A DNA stretch of 64,000 bases from Geosiphon pyriformis uo1 (lineage: Eukaryota > Fungi > Glomeromycota): assembly GCA_016748015.1 (NCBI GenBank), contig JAAOMT010000003.1:1244373-1308372 (forward strand), read 5' to 3'. The notes under the pieces are model-generated. The model did no database searches and was not told the DNA's origin. It worked only from the letters and a program-made list of their open reading frames with translations. A program made the position numbers and the translations under genes. Below, in pieces: positions 38,001 through 50,349 of the stretch. The number at the start of each line of letters is the position of its first letter. Position 1 is the stretch's first letter.

Positions 38001-39769
38001 GCTTATCCTAACGGACGATTTACACCTCTCTGTGCAAAATCCAGAATATATGAGCCTAATGATCGAATTACTTCTGTAATTGGGACGCCAGCCCGTGCAA
38101 TACCGCTCGCTCCATCAATGACTGGCCTTTATGACATGGATAGAGATGAAAACTTAAGCTCACCACATGATCCCTTTCCAAGGAGCAGCTCCTTGGTGGG
38201 TGTTCCTGCTCATTTAGCATCTCGCAGACATTCAACATTTTCTGGTTCTACCAATCTATACGAAGATAGTATCAAAAGTGGAAAGGTACAAATATCAAAT
38301 CCTGGCGATTTTTTATAATTTCTTATTAATTCCAATCTATAATTGGAATATTACAGAGTAGCAAAGCTGGTAGTCTTTCGGAAAAGTCTGTGAAGAATAA
38401 AAATCGGTTCAGTAGTCTTGCTGGGGCGCGCAATTCCATAATGGTAGGTTCTTTAAATTCAATCTTAAAATTTGTTTTATAAATTTTCTTACCTTATCTA
38501 TTTCAAATCAAGTCTCTTCGGAGTAAAGCTTTAAACCGTAGTAGCATTATGGTTTTGAATCGAAATGGCAACGGGCATGCACACAAAATATCGGGTGATG
38601 TGATTAGCCTCCCACAAACTTCCAACTCTTCCCAATACGATAACGAATCCCTATTTTCATCTGATGGATGGAGTGTAATGGCTGATCCGGCAGAACGAAT
38701 TCCTATTGGAAAAGATTTTTCCCCTAAAGAAGGTCATTTGATGGTTGAAATTCAGGCTGAAGGCAATTCTGATGGTCAGCCAGGGATGAGCACCTGGATG
38801 CTAGAAGGTCTTGCCTGTGGGATTTGCCAGAAAAGTTTAGGTCTAAATGTAGTATTAAAATGTGAAGGTAAATTCTTGAAATGGGTTCCTATTTGCCTCT
38901 TTTATTTACCTTTTTAAATTGAGTGATCAATTACGGCAAAATTACACAGGATGTTCGATGGTTGCACATGAAGAATGTTTTGGAGACATCACATATCCAT
39001 GTATGCCTGCTTGTTTCAACGAGGCCAAAGTACAAGATGCTTTCCTACGTGTGTTTGCTTCTTTACTTCGACATTATCGGACATATATGGTTGAGGGAAC
39101 AAAAAATAGTGCTGGGGAAAATAGTCGAGGCGCTAATGGATTATTTGATGAAGGCTTTTACTTTCGAAGGGAAATCTTCTTAAAGACGGCAGATAAAGAA
39201 GCAAAGGTATTTTTTGAATGTATAGCTAGATATATTGTAGCAAGATAAAAAACTTTAATTAAAATTTGCCTTCTTGCGCCTATCTGATTCCGCAAACAGC
39301 CCTTTCTCTCGAGCCTTGTTGATTCTCAGGCTTTTTCGCATTTTATACATGAACGTTTGACGCGTTCTGCTGATGACCCAGAAATTCTACATTTTGATGA
39401 AGTTATCGCAGCCAAGCTCAATCGGTCGAAATTAAAGCTTTCGAAAGAAACGACCCTTTTTTTGAATGTAAGTGCTTATATCTAATTAGTGATAAAATAC
39501 CAATGGTTTCTAATTCTAAATCCTAAAAATAGGATCCTTCTTATTCAATTTCACAAACCGTGAGAGCCATGAAGCCTGCTGAAGATGATCTTGATTTATT
39601 TGGTATTTTTCCCTAGTATTTTTCATTGAAATTCATCTTTGATTTCCTCTATCTAAGCAATTATTTTATTATTCTCTCAATAGCTATAGATTGTGAAACT
39701 AGCAGGCTTCCATCGTCTTTTAATCCAGAATTTATGTACACACCACGCCCCAGCAATCAAACAGCGTAG
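35003..39769 (+). CDS. DENN (AEX-3) domain Rab-GEF-like protein with a C1-type zinc finger, multi-exon
   Basis: RLVDYVFLAG, LARYPQKD, FCFPND, TQEDGSKRYGICL, LWLPKCIG, EIPVPPPG, YPLYWQGVFIPILP, LQAPVPYIMG; H...CGIC...CEGCSMVAHEEC...C; AFLRVFASLLRHYR, SQAFSHFI; stop TAG at 39767-39769. Exon boundaries inferred. Confidence 0.88.
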
Positions 39770-41791
39770 TTTCATGGTTTACGGTCTTTCTAGCAATATT
39801 CTTAATTATCAACTGAGAAACCCAACACATCGTTCGCTTGATTTCAAACAATTTTATTAGACTGGGATATATTCAATGCCCTCGAGGCTCTATTTTTGTA
39901 TCTTTTAATAACCTGAGGGAGTTTTTGGGGTAAGAATTGTTGCATCGCTGCAAGGTTATGTTTAAATTCATTTTATTTATTGTGTTAAAGAAACATTTGG
40001 ACATATAGAAAAAATTCAGTTGGACATTGGTTTCGTTTTTCTCTTTGGGACTTAGTTCTATGGGTTGAGGAATGGGGCAAAAAATAAACAGGGTGCAGTG
40101 TCTCCTGCTGGGGTTTTTTCCTTTCTTCCTTTGGCAGCAATAGCTTGTAGCATTAATGGGTTATATTTTCAATTTCATTATCATCACAAAAATCATTATT
40201 CCAGGTCAACTTTTTCATTTCTAATTCGTTGGTTTTTTAACATTGACAAAAAAAATCAAAGTATTGTATCCAGTATAACCTTCGAAATTTCGGATTTAAT
40301 TTTTGACAGGTTGGATTTTTCCAGTCTGATCTAGATTTTTTGTAAATTAATAAACACAGTCAATGTTATTAATTAAATAAAAACTTTAATATATATAGTA
40401 TATTAATTTTTTATCAAATCAAATTTATATTAGTGGTTTTTTATTGCTTTAATTAACATCTTCAAAGTAATATATAAATTACATTAATATTATTGTCTAA
40501 TTAAAAAATTACTATTGTCTACAGCCAAATTAAAACTTATTATCATAATTGGTATTTATAATAAAAAATTAGTACTTATTAAAGCGAAAAAAAAAACACA
40601 AAAACAGTGCTATTAAAAATGGTTAAAGAATTTTTTTTTTGAAATTATAAAAAGATTAATTGTTAAATTAATAAAATATTAATTAAACGTTAACTTAAAA
40701 TTATTATAAAATAAGAAATAAATTTTATTATTAATTTAATATTTATTAAGATTTTATAAATCATATTAATTACTTAATTATTAATTTTTATATTAATTAT
40801 TATAATTTGTATATTGCTATAGTTTAGATAGTGGTTGGGCTACACTCGTTAAATGCTTAATAATAATAAAAATTATAAATAATTTGTATTAATTTACAAG
40901 TATAATAAAATGTTATAATTAGTTTATACAAAAATATTAAAATATATAACAATAAAAATTTTAAACAATTTAAATTTAAATTTGTAAAAAAATTATTAAA
41001 TTAATAAATATTGAATAAAATTAAATTTATTTAAAAAAAAGTTTAAAACATAAAATAATATTGTAAAAAGTTGTATTAAAAATATATATTAATAAATAAG
41101 TTAAAAGTTTAATAATTAACATAAATACATTTATTAAAAAAAATTTTGATTAATAAAAACAAAAAAATTATTATTTTTTTCAATAAAATTTAATAAATTT
41201 AGATTTAATTAGTGCACAAAAAAATTTTATAGAAAATTTTTATTAAATTACTTATTAATTATTTATTATTATTATTTTTAAAAAATTATAAATATATTAA
41301 AAAAGTATTTATTTATATAAAATATATATTATTTTATTAAAGTGCTTTTATTATACAAATTATGTATTATTGTACTAAATAATTTTATATGAATTTATAT
41401 ATATAAAAGTTAAAATATAATATTTTAAGAAATTTATAAAATAATAATAATCAAAATATGTATTTAATAAATATATAAAAAAACATATAAAAATACCATA
41501 TTAAATTCAGATAATTTAAATTTTAGCTAATTTATTGAAATTAAAAATTAGTTGATTTTAACTTTAATTAAATTATTATATAATAATATATATTATATTT
41601 TACAAATTTAATCAATTAAGAATTTACATAATATTATAAAATTAAATAATATAAAAATAAATTAATTTTATAAAAATTAATCAATATAAATTATAACAAA
41701 TACATAAAATATTATAATTATTATTAAAAATATTAAATATTAATTAAAAATAACTATAATTAAATATAAAAAACAATTAATTTTTTTATAA

Positions 41792-42013
41792 TTAAATAAA
41801 TTGTTATATATTAATAATAAATAATATTAAGTATTATTACTATTTTTTGCATAATTTTTTAAAAAATTAAGGCTTATTAAGCAATATTTTAAAAAAAAAT
41901 TTTGTGTACTTTTTTTATTTTTATTTATTATAATTTTATAATTTAATATTTATATATATTACAAATTTTTTATTATTTTAAATATTTTTATATTAATTAC
42001 AAGTCTTAAATAT
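41792..42013 (-). mobile_element. Fanzor2 element, 3' part (zinc finger, RuvC-III, stop at 41827, right end), heavily AT-eroded
   Basis: Reads K-T-C-N-*-Y-K-N-I (ancestrally TCSWCGNI) and N-K-N-K-K-S-T-Q-N-F-F-L (ancestrally DRDENGARxIFL). Co-linear with 52901-53085, differing mostly by G>A/C>T. Confidence 0.8.
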
Positions 42014-42145
42014 TTTTTTTTTATTTTTTTTAACGAGTGAGGTCCAAACGCGACCTAATGCTATACATCATACAAATAATCTAAACTAGGTGCGAATCAT
42101 GCGCTTTCTACACGTGACCAGCCATTCGGACCAGTCAGGACTACA

Positions 42146-45100
42146 TTATATACCTATATACACAGAAACTGGATCTCCAATACCTGAAAAAAATGGACAA
42201 AACTTACGAAACTCGAAACTAACTCCAAAAGCCTCAGCCACTCCCAGCAATCTGACCACACTAGCCGAAAACACCATAGGCAAACCAGAAACTGAAGCAG
42301 GAACAAAGCCATCACGTGAAATCAAACTGTGCCTTTCCATAAACGTATGGTGTCTGGCCCAGACCAACCAAACATCATCCCAAAATGCTAAACAAAACCC
42401 ACGCACAAAGCTCACAATTCTCTTAGCACCTTTCTTAAAATCTTTAAAGACTGAGACAGACTCACAAAACCATTCATCAAAAACAAAGCCCTTACACAGA
42501 GTAACACCAACTCCGACCTCAGAAACACAAGAAGCCAAGACCTGTAAGACACATGAAAAAGAGCGAGAAAGACCAGAAAGAGTCTCCCAAGCCGAAGCAT
42601 GTGCACCCAGCAAACAAGCATGGCCAACAGCATCCTGAGGACATGAAAAGACATGATCCGAGGTCTCAATGTCACCACAAAACAGACAGACCACACTGGA
42701 GTATCTCTTATTATATAAACGCTTGTGCACAGCAACAGGAAGCCAATGATGGAGAGCCTTCATAAAGTAAGTACAACAGCCTGCCATGTGCATGTTGGTA
42801 AAACCAGATGCCAAATAAGAATTGGGGTGTCACACCATAGAAGACTTAAACCAATTGATATCAGCACGTAAACTATCATCTACAACACGAAAACCAACTC
42901 CAATCTCCCAACAAGCTCGATGAACTAACCGGAAAACATTACAAACAAAGTGTCTAGAGTTACCAAAAACTGCTGTACCACCAGCACATAGAAAACGTTT
43001 ACTGACTAAATGAGGTAGGTGCCAAGCAGAGAAAGCAGTGCCTTTGGCAAGCATATCAGCATGCTCGTTGCTTGAAACACCTGAATGACCTTTCACCTTA
43101 ACCCAATTCACATCCAAATTCTTTTGACGAATAACGGTGGCAATGTGACGATGCTCGATTCAACAGCAGTTCCTGAAATCCGGACAAACCAGCGAAGACT
43201 CCGACCTGCATGCATTCAAAGCAGCCTGGCTATCCGAGAACAAGTCAATCGAACAAAAAAAAGGAACACACTCAAGGGCCAAAGCTATGGCTTGTAGTTC
43301 TGTTAGAGTAGAAGAAACCAAACCAGACACCCCAACACCCAAACCCAAGTTAATGTCCTCAAAAAAACGGCAGCACCTGCTCTCATGTCAACAGTGCCCA
43401 GACCAGAAAGAGATTCATCCGTATACACAGAAAGGCGGGCAGCATCAATGGTCAGCAAAGTGTCACGAATTACACCAAAATCATGAGAAAGACGAATATC
43501 AGACACAGCATGACCATCCACCAAAGAAGAACTTGAGGAGAGAAGCACAACGCTACCAAGAAAGCGAACGGAAAGATCAAACCAGAAAGGGACTGGGCCA
43601 CGAGGGTCCAGTCTCTTCCAACACCTGAAGGTCCTCCAACTGAAAACATCACCATTACAGTCACAAAGCTGTTCCACAAAAGCAACTCCATAATGCTTGA
43701 GCGAAGAAACGTACTTGAAAAAACAGGATTCACCAAGAACCAAAGACATAGAAGTACCACGCCGATGACGAAAAGCACAAGTTAGAGGGCCTCCCAAAGA
43801 CAAATCACACCCAGAAAAAATGTGAACCACACCTGCCAAAAAATTATCTGAGGGACTGATACCAACACGAGCCGGAAACAGCAAGGGATGATGAAGACGC
43901 CAGCTGAGAACCTGGAGGTCATGAGACCTATGAGAAAACAAGCGACCCAAGACACCAGTAGAATTTGCAAAAGCAACAATGGAGGCCAATTTACTCTCAG
44001 CCTGGATCTGTTTGAAAGTTTTTAAATTGTACAAAGAGGGGTGATGAAGTGCATCACTAGGAAAATCACGTGGCAATCCAGACTTAGACTTTAAGACCTT
44101 GTGTACCAAAGCATCCCATTTATTACAAACACCAACAGAAACAAAACTGAACTGAGTCCTGTAGCTGATAATAGGGAAAAGAACTGCAGACACCAAATAA
44201 GCACACTGTTTGTCCGAAATCGCCTTTTTCAAAACAAGATTCACAAAAAACCGTACATCAGCCTGAGCTTTAGCCAAGCTAGGCTTTAAAAGACCCTCAG
44301 AAGACAAAAAAATACCCAAATAGCAATGAGATTCCCCTCTCTTGGCAATGAAAATAGGCACACCACTGATAGTTAAATGAGGATCCAGCACCTGGCAATT
44401 GATGGGGATGGCCACCGTTTTGTCATTGTTTACAGAAATATCGTTAAACCTAAAAAACTCATTAGCAACATCAAGGATGCGTTGTATAGCAGCCTGGCTG
44501 CTACCAACCCAAATAGTATCATTGACAAAAGTGCCAGCAGCAAGAAATGAAGACAGCCCAGCTTGAGGATCCACCCGGCCGGTTCTTGATATGAAATTAG
44601 AATTCAACCTGTAGCCATACACACTATTCTGTCTCTTGACCTCACACAAAAGTGAATCATAAAAAATACACCAGAGAAGAGGTGAGAAGACTTTTCCCTG
44701 ATCCAGCCCATTGTGGACACAATACCCATCAGTTAAGCCAAAGTCAGTTATCACTCTGTTGACGTGACCATTGTGAATACTGCCAAAAAATCTAATAAAC
44801 CTGTCACACATTTTGATTCTGACTAGACTCCTCCTAAGATGTTTCTAACCCACCGAGTCATAAGCCTTGCGCATGTTCTGTAAAACCAGCCAAAGTTCAT
44901 GGTTCTTCTTCAAGGCATTCTCAACCACAGAACCGATAGCAAAAATGGGAGACTGCGTTGTCGTACCCTTCAAAACCGAAAAATTGTCCCCATGAAGAAC
45001 ATCAAAAGCACTGCAAGCCAGAGAGATCCTATCTGAAAGGATCTTGGAGAGAATCTTGTGGGCCATTTCAATTAAAGCTATAGGATAGGTGTTTATAAGA

Positions 45101-46833
45101 ACACTCTCCCATTTATATGGTTTAGGAATCATCGAAACCCAAGCTTCTTTCCAAGGCCCAGGGGCTGACTTGCCAACCAAACAGAAATTCAAGAGCACCA
45201 AAAGCATATCCAAAACAGATTTGTCACAATGTTTCCATAATTTGTTGGAGATACCAGAAAGACCAGCCGCTTTTCCATTAGGAAGATCCTTAACAACAGC
45301 TGACAACTCATCAAAACTAATCAAACACATGACATCAGAGAAAGCACCATCGAACACGTAATCCAGAGGCCGATATTGACAAGCCCAATTCTCAGACAAG
45401 ACAAACACCACCTCACGTTTTCTGGTCCATCCCTCCATAATTTCGTCCACCTTAGACTTAACCAACACAGGCTCTAAAATCAACTCATCTTCTATAACCA
45501 AATGATCCAGGACCACTTTGCGAAAAGGACACTCCAAAACACTCCTAATGGTATGACCCTTGTTCAGCTCAAAACTCTCCATCCTCTTACCAACAGTCTG
45601 CTTAATCGAGGATTCCTCAGCACACTTGGATTTCACTAATTTGAAGGAGCAGTATGATTTTCTTGCCTTGGCCAGTGCAGAACAAATAAGATCAAAACTA
45701 GAGCCTGAAAGAAACAGAGACTTAACCACTGATGCACCAGGGGAGTCGAGTCTGTGCCACACCTCCAACAAAGAAGCAAAACCATCACTAGAAGCCAAAC
45801 GCGAAGCCTTGACCAGCTTAGAAACCAGCAGCTCCAGCTTGTGAAACCTAGAAAAAGTCTTGGTAAACACGCCATCAAAACCTTTGAACCATTTTTTTTT
45901 AAATGTACCACCCGCTGAAAGAACCATAATCTTGCGAACAATGTCCCACATAGCATCCACATCAGAAAATCTTACTGCCACACCAAAAGCATCCGAGAAC
46001 ATAGAGACATTAGCAGCTGAGGCATTCCTAAACTCCAACCACTTAGCTTTACTGGCACTATTGATGTTAAACTTCCAATGGTCTTTATTTGCTTACTTGC
46101 GAAGAGAATTCAAACGCGTATCCAAGAGCCTGCCCAAACCCAAATCCACTGAAACAGCTTGATGGTCCATGTCAAAATGCTCACTGACATTCAAAACTTC
46201 ATGATGCACTATTGCACTAACAAGACTCGAAAAGACAAATACATAATCAATTGTTTTCTTAACACCCCTAGAATTTTCCCAAGTGGGCATTTTTGCAGCT
46301 GGGCTACTAACTAAAGAATTGACCAAACCCAAATCAAAGCATCTTTTGAAACTCGCACTTTTATGAGAGCCGTCTTCATTGAAATCACCCTCGAGAATAA
46401 TGAAAGAAGATTTGTTGACAGTCTTCGCAATGAGAGAAATGATCTCACCAGCCTGAGAGAACCGAACCACCAAAGAAGCACCAGCATAAAGCCCCAAAAT
46501 TGACACAGAAAGTTTACCTTCAAAAAGTAATTTAATGGAAAGGAGCCAACCAGGCACCTCAGAAACCTTGCACACATGATGAGCCAAAGAAACGTCCATG
46601 ATAACAGCAACACCCACACCCAAGTGACCAGAGTTCAAACCAGAAGTGAACACTCGGACACCATTGAACTTGTCTGCAATCCACGGACGAACCCTACTTC
46701 TTAATTTTGTTTCAGTAACGATAGAGACCAAATTGTTCATTTTCTTATGCCACCTAATAATGTCCTCTTGCTTAGTGGGATTGTTCATGCCCCTGACGTT
46801 GCACGTAGCAACTTTTCAGACTAAACTGCTCAT
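42146..46833 (-). pseudogene. LINE B ORF2 (APE-RT-RNase H-CCHC) with stops and frameshifts
   Basis: ATCNVRG, ETKL, GDFNE, IDYVF, DMDH; PIALIE, RKAYDSV, FVND; VYTDES, ELQAI, SDSQAA, VKGHSG..NEHAD; CLFCG..DHVFSC. Confidence 0.92.
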
Positions 46834-48622
46834 TAGGTGAGGGTAGAGACACCGAAAGCACACCTATACTATCCACTTTGGCCGAAAGGTCCAAGACTGT
46901 CTCCATTAGACACTTCATGCTGTCTTCCAGCTTAAACACCAAAGATACATCAAAAAACACCGCTTCCGCAACATTTCCACCACTAGTGGACACACCTGAA
47001 CCCTCACTCATCACTACATCCGCCCCTTGATCCTGTGATGAAGGGGTCACCAATGGCTGACATCCAGGGCTAGGCTGGGGAACCATTGGCCCAAGTGCAT
47101 CCAACTTCTTAGCCAGCTTACCAACTTGCTCCGCGAGGCTGGCGAGACTGCGCTCAAGAGCGGCGAACCTATCGTTGACTTCCATCGCTACCTGTAGGGA
47201 CAGCTTCATCTCCGAAGAGGAGCCATTATTCACCACAATGTTCTGACCAAAGAGGGGGGGCAAAGAACACCCACGAGCAATCTTTGCCCAAGAGAGACCA
47301 CCAAAAGAGACCGGACAGGCAACTGGAGCCAAGTGTTTGGCATAGATGGTTGCTAGCCTGTTTTTATCCGTATTCGAGAAAACCCTATGCAGCGAACTAC
47401 CAGAAGATAATTTTCCACCAACTACACAACCCAATGACGTGTAACCCAATTTCTCATACTTGGCGCATTTAGCAGAAATGAGGCAAGACCAGCGGAGATT
47501 GGTGTTCCTGAGTACTGGCGTGGTTCCCACAACAGCATCCAATGATTCAGCAGAGTCGAAACAAACAACAGCACACCTGGCCCAAGCATACGTAACAGAA
47601 TGATGATCAATGACACACGTTTTCCCACCCACAGATCTAACAAAGTCCCAGATATCATGAGCGGTGGTCCCCATCGGCAATGTGTAGAGCAGCACCCTAT
47701 GTTGGTCTCTCACATCCCATGTTTCCTTGTCTGAATCAGCCCTAGCCACATGTACAGCATCTTTCCCGATTAAGATGGACCACTCAGCTACGGCCAAATC
47801 AGCTTGATCCAATTGTTCGAATTCCACTATCGCCTTCTGCCACAGCCCGATCAATTGCATCTTGATCACCTTAATAACTCCAAACTCGGATAGTGCAGCA
47901 CATACAGCCTCAGCCGATGTTCCAACTGGAATTTCTTTCACGACCACAGCCTGATCTGATCGTCCAGATGATCTCTTAAGATCGGTGTTTACCATGATAT
48001 TCGCACCAGTAGCCTTTTCAGTGGCTTTCATTAGATCTGATTCGAAAGTGAATGTCGCTCTGATAATCCCTGAGAATTTTGAGGGGGTAGACGTCCCTCC
48101 AAAACCATTAATTCCAGAAAATAAACTCCTAATTTTCTTGAGCTTCTCCTGGGCCGAATTTTTTTCTACTGCTTTCAGATCCAAATTCAAAGCAAATGAC
48201 TTCCTAACCGAAACATTGACCAGGTTCTTAAGAGGAGGGAGAAGCACCAGAGGGGCATCCAGAAGAACATCATTGTTATTATTGTCATCCAGGAAGTCGA
48301 TTTTTCCCAAAGGTTTACCCAATGCTTTCCTAGTTGTCAACTGTAAACCTTTTGGCATTTGATCCAAATCTCTACTAATGAGCGCACCACCTTTACCATA
48401 ATCAAAACTTGTCTCCTCAACAAGACATTTCTCTTCCATATCAACACTGTCAAATTCTGTGGTATCACCAGTCTCCGAATCCCATGAACAACTACTATGC
48501 ACCCTAGCAGAACCCTCTTCAGCACCAGCATTGTCCTCAAGAACACTGCCTCTTCTCTTTTTTCTTGACAGAACAGCCTTGAAACCACCTTCAGAGCCAG
48601 AACTTTTAACCGTCTGTTTCAT
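46772..48622 (-). CDS. LINE B ORF1 (RRM-like nucleic-acid-binding protein, degenerate CCHC knuckle)
   Basis: 616-aa open frame; CAKYEKLGYTSLGC knuckle remnant; homologous to ORF1 of LINEs A and C. Confidence 0.8.
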   Translation of the reverse strand: MKQTVKSSGSEGGFKAVLSRKKRRGSVLEDNAGAEEGSARVHSSCSWDSETGDTTEFDSVDMEEKCLVEETSFDYGKGGALISRDLDQMPKGLQLTTRKALGKPLGKIDFLDDNNNNDVLLDAPLVLLPPLKNLVNVSVRKSFALNLDLKAVEKNSAQEKLKKIRSLFSGINGFGGTSTPSKFSGIIRATFTFESDLMKATEKATGANIMVNTDLKRSSGRSDQAVVVKEIPVGTSAEAVCAALSEFGVIKVIKMQLIGLWQKAIVEFEQLDQADLAVAEWSILIGKDAVHVARADSDKETWDVRDQHRVLLYTLPMGTTAHDIWDFVRSVGGKTCVIDHHSVTYAWARCAVVCFDSAESLDAVVGTTPVLRNTNLRWSCLISAKCAKYEKLGYTSLGCVVGGKLSSGSSLHRVFSNTDKNRLATIYAKHLAPVACPVSFGGLSWAKIARGCSLPPLFGQNIVVNNGSSSEMKLSLQVAMEVNDRFAALERSLASLAEQVGKLAKKLDALGPMVPQPSPGCQPLVTPSSQDQGADVVMSEGSGVSTSGGNVAEAVFFDVSLVFKLEDSMKCLMETVLDLSAKVDSIGVLSVSLPSPNEQFSLKSCYVQRQGHEQSH

Positions 48623-48777
48623 GACAACAATACTAGGGCCAACAACGGCCTCGTAATCAAGCAGAAATGATTTGGATTTATCGTACTGAATGGTAAAAAA
48701 CTTCTTCCAAGAAACTTTTGACTCTTTTTTTTTAGAATTTGTGGAGGAACGAGAGAAAGAAGTTTTTTTTTTTTTTT

Positions 48778-50340
48778 TCTTAAATATATAAATTTTATTT
48801 TAAATTATATTATAAATTTTTAATTTTTCTGTTTTAATTATTAAATATTATTAAAATTTATTTAACCAAGTATTTTTAAATTAATTATTGTGTGATTTTT
48901 CTTGTTTTTGATTTATTATGTTAAATTTTTTAAATAACAAAATAATAATAATGTTAATTTATAGATAAAAAACAATAGTTTTTTTGGTGAATTTTATTTT
49001 GTAAATGTTTAATTTTTTATTATATATATATTATTGTTTTATTAAGTCTTTTAGCTTTTTTTTTGTGTTTAAAAGTTAATTGTATTAATTTGTTTTTTTA
49101 ATATTAAATTGTTTATGTAATACAAATATAAATAATTTTTTTAATTTTTTGTTAACCAATTTTACTTATTTTTTTACTAAAAGTTAAAATTAATAAAAAT
49201 TGCATAAATAAACTTATTTACTTGAATTTTATAAACTTGTTTTTTTATTTTATAAATTCAGACAAACTTTTATTGATTAGTTTTTTAAAAATAACTAAGT
49301 TTGCTATTACATATAATTTTGTATAAAAAGAATTATTTATTGTTTATACTTTGTTTTAAAATATAAAAATTATTATAAATATTTATTATTATTATTTGAA
49401 TTAAAAATAAATTTGTACTAATGTATATATTAATATATTAATAAAGTGTAAAAAAAATAATCAAAAGACAATTTTAAAAAGATTTAAAGCATAAATTTTA
49501 ATAGTTTAATATAATGTTTTATGAAAACAAAAAAATAATATATTATGTTTAATAACTTTATTTTATGTAGTTAATGCTTGATTAATTGCTTTATTTATAA
49601 TTTTGGCAAAAAATTAAACTTAAACAATTTTGTAAAAATATGTTTAATTAAACAAGAGTTCTATTAAACTTTTATTTACCTTAAATAGTTAAATTTTTAT
49701 TAAAAAAATGTTGTTTTTTGTTAAAAAGTTATAAGTTTAACTAACTTTTTTCAATAATACAATTTTTATTTTTTCTAATTTAATGTTTTTTGCTCCATTC
49801 TATTACTGCATTAAAAGCAAATTTGGCCAATTTCATTCATTGTTTTAAGAATTGTTTTTGAATATAATTTAATTAATAATGTACAATTAAGAGTATTTTC
49901 TGTTTTTTGGCATTTGTTATGGGTTGTTATGTTTTTTTTTGTGTTTTTTAGTTTCTATGTTTTCAATTATATCTTTTTTATCATTTTTGCATTTGACTGT
50001 TGATAAGAAGTGTGATTTTTGCAAAATTGAAAAACAAGACATGTTGGAAGAAGTTGAAGCAACAGTGTCAATCATAATGGGTAAACACAATTTTCAAGAC
50101 CATTCTGCAACTTGTTCATTCCAATAGGGTCTTAAAAAGCTGCTTTTAATTTTTAAATTTCTTTTTTTGTTTGGTAATGGTGGTGGTGGTGGTGGTGGTG
50201 GTGGTAATAATAATAATAGTGGAATTGACATTTTTAGAAAGAGTAAAAGGTTACTTTTATAACAAAATAAAGGTAGTAATTGAAATAGTGTCAATAACAG
50301 TTCGAGATTTAAATTGATGCTAAATACTGATTTATAGGGG
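48778..50340 (-). mobile_element. Fanzor2 element, 5' part (ATG ~50231, N-terminal domain, HTH/REC, RuvC-I, RuvC-II region); pseudogene; left end approximate
   Basis: PPPP-NKKR; RPYWNEQVAEWS*KLCLP; IKLY..QKQFLKQ*MKLAKFAFNAVI; IFINFN (=ISIDPG, 49200-49183); KIKHLQNKIHQK; NKIYIFK (=NEAYTSK, 48799-48779). Confidence 0.82.
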
Positions 50341-50349
50341 CTTCGTAAC

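Larger units (their letters stand above)
42014..48777 (-). mobile_element. Full-length LINE B (least eroded copy), inserted in the Fanzor gene
   Basis: 10-bp TSD TCTTAAATAT at 42004-42013 and 48778-48787; A-rich tail 42014-42031; ORF1 and ORF2 fragments. Confidence 0.95.

Noticed and set aside
40065-40334. ORF downstream of DENN and a minus-strand coding-like frame
   Set aside because: No recognisable domain, no ATG start and no supporting gene structure
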